DNA of 38,654 nucleotides, taken from an uncultured Mycoplasmatota bacterium. Its GTDB lineage: Bacteria > Bacillota_I > Bacilli_A > RF39 > UBA660. This document shows, piece by piece, positions 27,789-33,736 of this stretch. The position numbers and the translations under genes are program-made. Numbering within the stretch: position 1 is the first letter of the stretch; every line of letters begins with the position of its first letter. The notes under the pieces were generated by a model. That model was not told the DNA's origin, did not search any database, and was given only the letters and a program-made list of their open reading frames with translations. The DNA is taken from contig CANSWQ010000002.1 in the NCBI GenBank assembly GCA_947650775.1, forward strand, positions 1 through 38,654, written 5' to 3'.

Positions 27789-28911
27789 AAATTTTTTAAT
27801 AACAGTATTCACTTGTATAATAATAATTATTATTATCATAGCGATTAGTAAGAAGCAAAATATATTTTCCACTAAACAAGACAAAGAGTATTTTGTTGAA
27901 ATTAATGAAACAAATTTAAGTAATTATTTAAAGAAAGATTTAAAAACTATTTATAGTGTGATTGACTTTAGATATACAAAAAATAATATTGTCTATGGTA
28001 GTATATTAGATACTGACAAAGGAAACGATTTGTTTCAAACAGAATCAATATTTATTTATGATGAATTAAATAATAAATATGAAAATTATAATTATATATA
28101 TAATAAGAGAATAATGGAATTTTATATTCTTGATGAAAAAGTATATGCAACTACTATTTCATATACTGAAAATGATGGAGAATTTTTATGGGAATTTGTA
28201 AAATATAATAAAGATTTTACAAAGGAAACTGTCATAAAAGAAGGGATTATTAGAAATCCATTACATTCTCCTATTATACACTTTTCTGAAGAAATAAATA
28301 ATGTGTATGTTACTGCGATTAGTGAAAATGCAAACGAATTAACTACCATGATTTATGCTTTGCATGATGATGAATTAGTTGAGCTTACACATCTTATTGA
28401 TAATAAAAGTGAAAGTAATAATAGTATTATTAATGTAGATAATATGATTATATTAGATGAGGACAATATTATATATCTTAAGGAAAATGACGTTAGTCAA
28501 GAATTAATTAATTATAATATTAGTTCAAAAAAAGAGAAAAAATTGTTATCCTTGTCAACAAAAAATGGTAAAATATCTAATTTGCTATTTAAAAATAATA
28601 TAATATACTTTTTAAAAAATAATGTTAAAGAATCTAGTATTTGTGCACTTGAAATAGGTAAGGATCATTTTCAAGAATTAGGCAGTGGTGACTTAGCTTT
28701 TGGAAACTTTATTTTGGATAATGATTATATATTATTTCATGGGAGAGAAGAATGGTGTTTATATTCTTTAAATGATAAAAAAATTTATTCAATTGACTTT
28801 CCTAATATATATGCTTACCCAAAATATTTATTAATTAATAATGATATTCTATTTGAGAGTGATGAAAACACTTTATACTTAGGAAAAATAAAATTAAAAA
28901 CTGCAAATTAA
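27763..28911 (+). CDS. N-terminally anchored membrane protein with a large, probably beta-rich extracytoplasmic domain
   Basis: TM segment FLITVFTCIIIIIIIIAIS. Overlaps the peptidase gene. The start has no good SD, so it is uncertain. Confidence 0.6.
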   Translation: MINILQNYKNFLITVFTCIIIIIIIIAISKKQNIFSTKQDKEYFVEINETNLSNYLKKDLKTIYSVIDFRYTKNNIVYGSILDTDKGNDLFQTESIFIYDELNNKYENYNYIYNKRIMEFYILDEKVYATTISYTENDGEFLWEFVKYNKDFTKETVIKEGIIRNPLHSPIIHFSEEINNVYVTAISENANELTTMIYALHDDELVELTHLIDNKSESNNSIINVDNMIILDEDNIIYLKENDVSQELINYNISSKKEKKLLSLSTKNGKISNLLFKNNIIYFLKNNVKESSICALEIGKDHFQELGSGDLAFGNFILDNDYILFHGREEWCLYSLNDKKIYSIDFPNIYAYPKYLLINNDILFESDENTLYLGKIKLKTAN

Positions 28912-28921
28912 GCAGTTTTTT
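28897..28921 (+). terminator. Rho-independent terminator ending the cargo operon
   Basis: aaaactgc-aaattaa-gcagtttt plus a T run. Overlaps the stop codon. Confidence 0.75.
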
Positions 28922-29150
28922 AATTTTATTATTTTATAACATAAAACGACAAAATTCTTATGATTTATTGTCTATAATAGAGATAATAAAACGATTGTTG
29001 TCATAAAAAAGTAGATAATAGTTGTATTATTTAGAAAGTTGGCGTTATTTAAGAAGTTTTGTAGAATCTATTTTTTTATATGACAACAACATAAGGAGAA
29101 TGCTTTATGTTGGAGTTGGCTAGAAAAACTACAATTTTAAGCAGTATATT

Positions 29151-29197
29151 AAAAAGAGATGGTATATCCTTTCTAGGGTGTTTCATCTCTTTTTTTT
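29151..29197 (+). terminator. Terminator/attenuator-like hairpin in the leader of the sigma-like gene
   Basis: aaagagatg (29153..29161) pairs with catctcttt (29184..29192) and is followed by a T run. Lies 78 nt upstream of the ATG at 29275. Confidence 0.5.
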
Positions 29198-29274
29198 GTT
29201 TAACTTTTAGAGCTAGAAGCCCACCTTTAGTCAATTTAAGTTTTAAAAAATATTAAATTGATTGGAGAATAGAA

Positions 29275-29745
29275 ATGGAAAATAGACCTAAAAGAAGAAG
29301 ATATAAGGATAACCCTTATAATTTAGAAATAAATAATAGTAAATATATAATTAATTTTTATGATAGTAAAAAAGTATTACAAAAAATAGAAGTTAGCGAA
29401 GAAGTATTTTCTGTTTTTGATAAAAGTGAATTAAAGGATCTTTCACAAATGAATGAATATGATAATCATATTGAACATGCTGCTTTATTTGAAGAAGTAC
29501 TAAATAAAAGGGCAATTAATAAAACTAAACTAACTGAAGAAATAGCAGAATCCAATATAATTACTGAAGAATTATTAAATGCTATAAAAGAACTGCAAAC
29601 AACACAAAAAAGAAGATTAATATTATATTACTTATATGATTATACATTGGAAGAAATAGCAATTAAAGAACATTGCTCAAAAGTTGCAATAAAGTATAGT
29701 TTAGATATTGCTATAAAAAATTTAAAAAAAAATTTAAAGTTTTAA
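29275..29745 (+). CDS. Small sigma-70 region-4-like DNA-binding protein (comparable to the Tn916 orf7 type)
   Basis: C-terminal QKRRLILYYLYDYTLEEIAIKEHCSKVAIKYSLDIAIKNLKKNL is a region-4 HTH. Confidence 0.7.
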   Translation: MENRPKRRRYKDNPYNLEINNSKYIINFYDSKKVLQKIEVSEEVFSVFDKSELKDLSQMNEYDNHIEHAALFEEVLNKRAINKTKLTEEIAESNIITEELLNAIKELQTTQKRRLILYYLYDYTLEEIAIKEHCSKVAIKYSLDIAIKNLKKNLKF

Positions 29746-29777
29746 CTTAACTTTTAAATTACTATTTAGGAAATATA

Positions 29778-29802
29778 TGAAAGGGAGTTTAACTCCCTTT
29801 CA
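29778..29802 (+). terminator. Strong hairpin after the sigma-like gene
   Basis: tgaaagggag-tttaa-ctccctttca, a 10-bp G/C-containing stem. The downstream tract is only moderately U-rich. Confidence 0.5.
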
Positions 29803-30167
29803 TCCTCCTTTCCGTAAGGGATGCTCTTTGAAAATTATATATTCACATATTAAATACTTTCTCATTATTATTCGGAAACGATGAGCACGTTAGCAAATAC
29901 GCATGCGATAAATATTTGGCTATAAATATTAAGTAGCACTTAATAATGCGATGACAAATAATGAGTATAATGATACTTCTGCTTAGCCACAACTATAAGT
30001 AATGGAAGCAGTTCTGTGAGAACCACAGGGGGGTGAAATTCCCATGAAACTATTTAGCTGATAGTTGTTTAATATGATCCCTATAGAGGGTACTAAGAAA
30101 AATATCTATAACAGAAGTAAAATTAAATATTACAATTAAAGTCAAAATATTTTGTTTTGACTTTTTT
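29803..30167 (+). ncRNA. Candidate structured noncoding RNA or cis-acting leader (~300-365 nt), identity unknown
   Basis: No ORF longer than about 17 codons on the + strand. Locally G/C-richer than its surroundings. Several hairpins: ctgctt/aagcag, ctgtg/cacag, aactat/atagtt. Possible promoter ttgaaa-17-taaata (29828..29856). Ends in a strong terminator aaagtcaaaa/ttttgacttt + T run (30138..30167). Confidence 0.4.
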
Positions 30168-30201
30168 ACATAATTAAACATATAAAATGAAAGGATAAAA
30201 T

Positions 30202-30381
30202 ATGAGAAATTTTATAGTAAATGTTAAATATAAAAAAAGTAGTATTAATTTTAGTGTGAAGGCTTATAATCGCAAAGAAGCTGTAGAACAAGTAAGAGAG
30301 ATAATTAATGACACAACAATGTTTGCTTTTACTACCGAAGAGAAGAAAAAATTAGTATATAGAGTAAAGAGAGAAAAATAA
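30202..30381 (+). CDS. Unannotated 59-aa highly basic ORF translationally coupled to mazF (non-canonical antitoxin candidate)
   Basis: SD aaagga upstream. MRNFIVNVKYKKSSINFSVKAYNRKEAVEQVREIINDTTMFAFTTEEKKKLVYRVKREK. Its TAA overlaps the mazF ATG (taATG). Confidence 0.5.
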   Translation: MRNFIVNVKYKKSSINFSVKAYNRKEAVEQVREIINDTTMFAFTTEEKKKLVYRVKREK

Positions 30382-30725
30382 TGGGTAAAACAATAAAAAG
30401 AGGAGATGTATATTATGCAAATCTGAATCCAAGAAAAGGAAGCGAAGAAGGTGGAATAAGGCCAATTGTTGTAGTTCAAAATAATGTAGGGAACTATTTT
30501 AGTAAAACTATCATTGCTATTCCTATAACAACTAAAAAAGGAAAATTACCAACACATATTAAAATACCCAAAGGTAATAATATAGAATATGATTCTACAG
30601 CATTAAGTGAACAAATAAGAGTATTAGATAAAAGTAGATTAAGAAAATACGTATGTAAGCTATCAAAGGAAAAGATGAAAGAGATAGATTCTAAATTGCT
30701 TTTAGCATTAGGACTAAAAATATAA
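30381..30725 (+). CDS. mazF: MazF/PemK/EndoA-family type II toxin endoribonuclease
   Basis: KRGDVYYANLNPRKGSEEGGIRPIVVVQNNVGN....LPTHIKI....SEQIRVLDKSRL closely parallels B. subtilis EndoA/MazF as I remember it. Confidence 0.9.
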   Translation: MGKTIKRGDVYYANLNPRKGSEEGGIRPIVVVQNNVGNYFSKTIIAIPITTKKGKLPTHIKIPKGNNIEYDSTALSEQIRVLDKSRLRKYVCKLSKEKMKEIDSKLLLALGLKI

Positions 30726-30871
30726 AAGCAGTACGAATAAGTAGTAACAAAATTTATGCAGTGCGAAAGGAGAAAAAGTCAAGTGTATAAAATAAGTTTT
30801 TATACGTTCGTATTAAATAAAATTAAATGTTATTCTTTTAGCGTGATTAGCAGTTATTACAGAGGTGCTAT

Positions 30872-31075
30872 ATGATAATTCAAGAAAAAAAAGTATATAG
30901 TGCATCTGAAGTCCAAAAAATATTAGGATTAGGAAGAAATATCTTATATAACTACTTGGATGAAGTATATAAAAAGCAAACTCCATTTAGGGTTATTAAG
31001 ATAGGTAAGATTTATAAAATACCAAAAACGTCTTTTGATAGCTGGCTAAATTGTATCACTAGTAAAGAGGAATAA
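30872..31075 (+). CDS. xis: Excisionase-type HTH DNA-binding protein
   Basis: 67 aa. YSASEVQKILGLGRNILYNYL...IKIGKIYKIPKTSFDSWL. Immediately upstream of the integrase genes. Confidence 0.75.
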   Translation: MIIQEKKVYSASEVQKILGLGRNILYNYLDEVYKKQTPFRVIKIGKIYKIPKTSFDSWLNCITSKEE

Positions 31076-31077
31076 AC

Positions 31078-32262
31078 ATGGCTTTAATTAAAGGCAAAAG
31101 TAAAAAAGCTTTTTTTGAAAGAAAATCATGGTGTCATAGATATAAAATAATAAGTCCTGAATGTAAAATTCTATATAGAAAAAAAGGAGGATTTAAAACT
31201 GAAGAAGAAGCAGTAGCTAGTTATAAAATATACGAAGAGCAGTTTAAAGAACAATGTAAAAAGTATATAGTAAAAAAAGAAATGTATGTTAAAGCATTTT
31301 TTGAATATTGGTTTGAAGAAATATATTCCTTAAGGATTCAACCGAATACAAAATCTATAGGCGCATATATTGTCTATGACTTAATAATACCATCAATTAT
31401 CTATGATATAAGATTAGATCTAGCAACAGCTGATTATTTTGATAATATCTTGAATATTGCAGCAAAAAGAACAAAATATAGTGGTGTAGCAGCTAGTAGT
31501 TATATAAGAATGGCAATAAAAGATGCTTTTTCTATGGGATTAATTAATTACGATTATGTTGAAGAAATAAAAAAGTTTCATCGTGAAAAGCCAAGAATTA
31601 CAGTATTAAATTTATCTGAACAATCAAAACTTTTAGAACAAGCAGAGAATACACAATGGTTTTTAGAAATATTATTAGGATTATATTGTGGACTAAGAAA
31701 GGCTGAAATTTTAGGTTTAAAGTTTTCAGATATAGATTTTGAAAATAAAGTATTATTTGTACAAAGACAATTAATTATAGAGAAGACAATTGAAAAAGGG
31801 ACTTCAAAAGTATTGAATACTCAACTAAAGGAAAGCACCCCAAAAACTAAAAATAGTATTAGAAAATTTAAACTTCCAGACTTAGTATTAGAAGAAATAT
31901 TAAAACGAAAAGTGGAAGTAGAAAAAATAAAAAAACTATCACCAAATTATAATGATAATGATTATATTAGTTGTCAAAAAAATGGAAAACCACATGGTTT
32001 AACATCATTAAATGACGCAATAGCAAGAATATGTAAAATAGTGTCTTTGCCACATATTACAGTGCATTCTTTAAGGCATATGTGTGCAACAATGCTATTA
32101 GAGGAAGGAACTGAATTGGCTAAGATATCAGCTTTTTTAGGGCATTCTAGTGTGCATACAACATTTGAATATTATTGTGAAATTGTTGATGGTAGAAATA
32201 AAATATTATCTTATATTAACGATATATATAAAAATGGTTCAATAGAAGGTGCGCTATGTTAA
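31078..32262 (+). CDS. int: Tyrosine recombinase/integrase 1 (with an AP2-like arm-binding N-terminus)
   Basis: GLRKAEILGL (R), HSLRHMCAT (HxxR), LGHSSVHTTFEYY (H..Y). Confidence 0.9.
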   Translation: MALIKGKSKKAFFERKSWCHRYKIISPECKILYRKKGGFKTEEEAVASYKIYEEQFKEQCKKYIVKKEMYVKAFFEYWFEEIYSLRIQPNTKSIGAYIVYDLIIPSIIYDIRLDLATADYFDNILNIAAKRTKYSGVAASSYIRMAIKDAFSMGLINYDYVEEIKKFHREKPRITVLNLSEQSKLLEQAENTQWFLEILLGLYCGLRKAEILGLKFSDIDFENKVLFVQRQLIIEKTIEKGTSKVLNTQLKESTPKTKNSIRKFKLPDLVLEEILKRKVEVEKIKKLSPNYNDNDYISCQKNGKPHGLTSLNDAIARICKIVSLPHITVHSLRHMCATMLLEEGTELAKISAFLGHSSVHTTFEYYCEIVDGRNKILSYINDIYKNGSIEGALC

Positions 32263-33545
32263 ACTTAGCAGAATTAACAAAGAAACCAATTAAATATCAT
32301 GTATATAATGTAACAAGATTAAAGGATAAATATGGTTATAAAATAAAGTTTGAATATGCAGACGACACTATTAGAATACACCAATTTGGTGGTTTTAAAA
32401 AAAAGAGTGAGGCAAAAGAAGCAAGAGACAATGCAGTAGCAGATATTAAAAATAACAAATTTGTTTATTATGGAAATATAAAGTTTAAAGATTTTGCTAT
32501 AGCATGGCTTGAACAAATAAGTAAACCTAACATAGCATATAACTCGTATATGTCATATAGGAACGTTATTAAGAACTATGCTATACCATTTTTTAAAGAA
32601 ATGTATTTAACAACAATTAATATAGGACATATAACAAATTTTTATAATAAAGCGACAGATAAATCTTCTGTGCTACGTATAATAAAATATGTACTGGGAA
32701 TAATGTTTCAATATACAAAAGAAAACAATTTAACAAGAGTAAATCCAACTATAGGAGTTAAAATACAAAAGAATGAAGAAGAAAAACAATATGGTGTATT
32801 AAATATAGATACCAGTAAAACATTAACGATAGAGCAAACAAAAATATTAATAGAAGCAAGTAAGAGTACACCAATATATTTGGAAATATTATTCGCATTA
32901 TTAACAGGTTTAAGAAAATCAGAAATTCATGGTTTAAAATATACGGATATTGATTGGAGTAAAAAAAAGATATATATAACAAGGCAGTTAGGAGTAGATC
33001 CAAATAAGAATAAAGAAGAATGCAAGAAGAAAACAATAACAAAGCAAGAAATAAAACTAAAAACAAGATCAAGTAAAAGAGAAATTGATATACCAGATAT
33101 GTTGTATGAAGCATTATTAGAAGAAAGGATAAAATATGAAAAGAATAAGAGAAGAAGAATTAATGATAAAACCAATCTATTTATAGATGAAAATTATATA
33201 TGTTGTTCTACGTATGGGCATTCCAGAAGTAGAGGCTTTGTAAGACCATATTTTATTAAATTACTAGAAGATAATAATTTGCCTAAAATAAGATTTCATG
33301 ACTTAAGACACACTTACACAACTTTAATTTTAATGAATAATGGTAGCTTAAAAGCAGTATCCACATTACTTGGACATTCTTCCACAATGATTACTTTAAA
33401 TAACTATTTTAATGTTCATGACATAGTTATAGATTGTACGAATTTTTTAAATTCTATCATTGCGAAAACATATCATAAAAAAGATACAAAAATAGAAATA
33501 ATTGACTTAAACCTAAATTTGCTAATAAAAAGAGAAGTCCCGTAA
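32256..33545 (+). CDS. int: Tyrosine recombinase/integrase 2 (with an AP2-like arm-binding N-terminus)
   Basis: GLRKSEIHGL (R), HDLRHTYTT (HxxR), LGHSSTMITLNNYF (H..Y). Its start overlaps the int1 stop (ATGTTAA). Confidence 0.9.
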   Translation: MLNLAELTKKPIKYHVYNVTRLKDKYGYKIKFEYADDTIRIHQFGGFKKKSEAKEARDNAVADIKNNKFVYYGNIKFKDFAIAWLEQISKPNIAYNSYMSYRNVIKNYAIPFFKEMYLTTINIGHITNFYNKATDKSSVLRIIKYVLGIMFQYTKENNLTRVNPTIGVKIQKNEEEKQYGVLNIDTSKTLTIEQTKILIEASKSTPIYLEILFALLTGLRKSEIHGLKYTDIDWSKKKIYITRQLGVDPNKNKEECKKKTITKQEIKLKTRSSKREIDIPDMLYEALLEERIKYEKNKRRRINDKTNLFIDENYICCSTYGHSRSRGFVRPYFIKLLEDNNLPKIRFHDLRHTYTTLILMNNGSLKAVSTLLGHSSTMITLNNYFNVHDIVIDCTNFLNSIIAKTYHKKDTKIEIIDLNLNLLIKREVP

Positions 33546-33629
33546 ATACTAATAAAAAAGCAATATACAATGGTTTATTTCTGTGTTAAAATAGATTAGA
33601 AAAAGTTATTTAGTGTTATCTAATATTTT

Positions 33630-33700
33630 TGTGGCCAATTGGTGTACAATGTCGTACACAGGCTAAAATATAAAAAAATAAAAATCTAATGTACGAATTT
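33630..33700. repeat. Candidate integrase arm-type sites at the right end of the ICE
   Basis: The 29-mer at 33630..33658 matches 431..459 at 23/29 positions. tgtacgaattt at 33690..33700 recurs at 33435..33445 and, inverted, at 449..459. Confidence 0.5.
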
Positions 33701-33736
33701 TCATTGGTTGAGAATAATCATATTAAGGAGGGCATT

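Noticed and set aside
25159-28349. Minus-strand ORFs 25159..25341, 25726..25908, 26972..27280 and 28122..28349
   Set aside because: They are shadows of + strand cargo genes that have SDs, signal peptides and a shared terminator.
29803-30167. Known riboswitch, T-box, group II intron domain V or retron msr/msd identity for the structured region
   Set aside because: I could not find T-box, B12-box, c-di-GMP-like or domain V consensus elements, and there is no reverse transcriptase nearby. It is kept only as an unknown RNA candidate.
30264-30479. Minus-strand 71-aa ORF across the 59-aa ORF/mazF junction
   Set aside because: It overlaps a clear MazF homologue and its coupled upstream ORF, and it has a hydrophobic junk composition.
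33689-33736. Upstream in-frame ATG that the ORF track uses as the uvrB start ([16 protein letters not shown]-)
   Set aside because: SD aaggaggg sits directly before the ATG at 33737, and the left uvrB copy and known UvrB N-termini both begin at MFKLVSK. The extension has no SD and overlaps the tgtacgaattt repeat.
33546-33736. Possible LexA/SOS (Cheo-type GAAC-N4-GTTC) box upstream of the intact uvrB, and likewise in 1..56
   Set aside because: acgaattttcattgg only loosely resembles the consensus and lacks the GTTC half-site. There is no convincing box on either copy, and only 56 nt of the host upstream region are visible.
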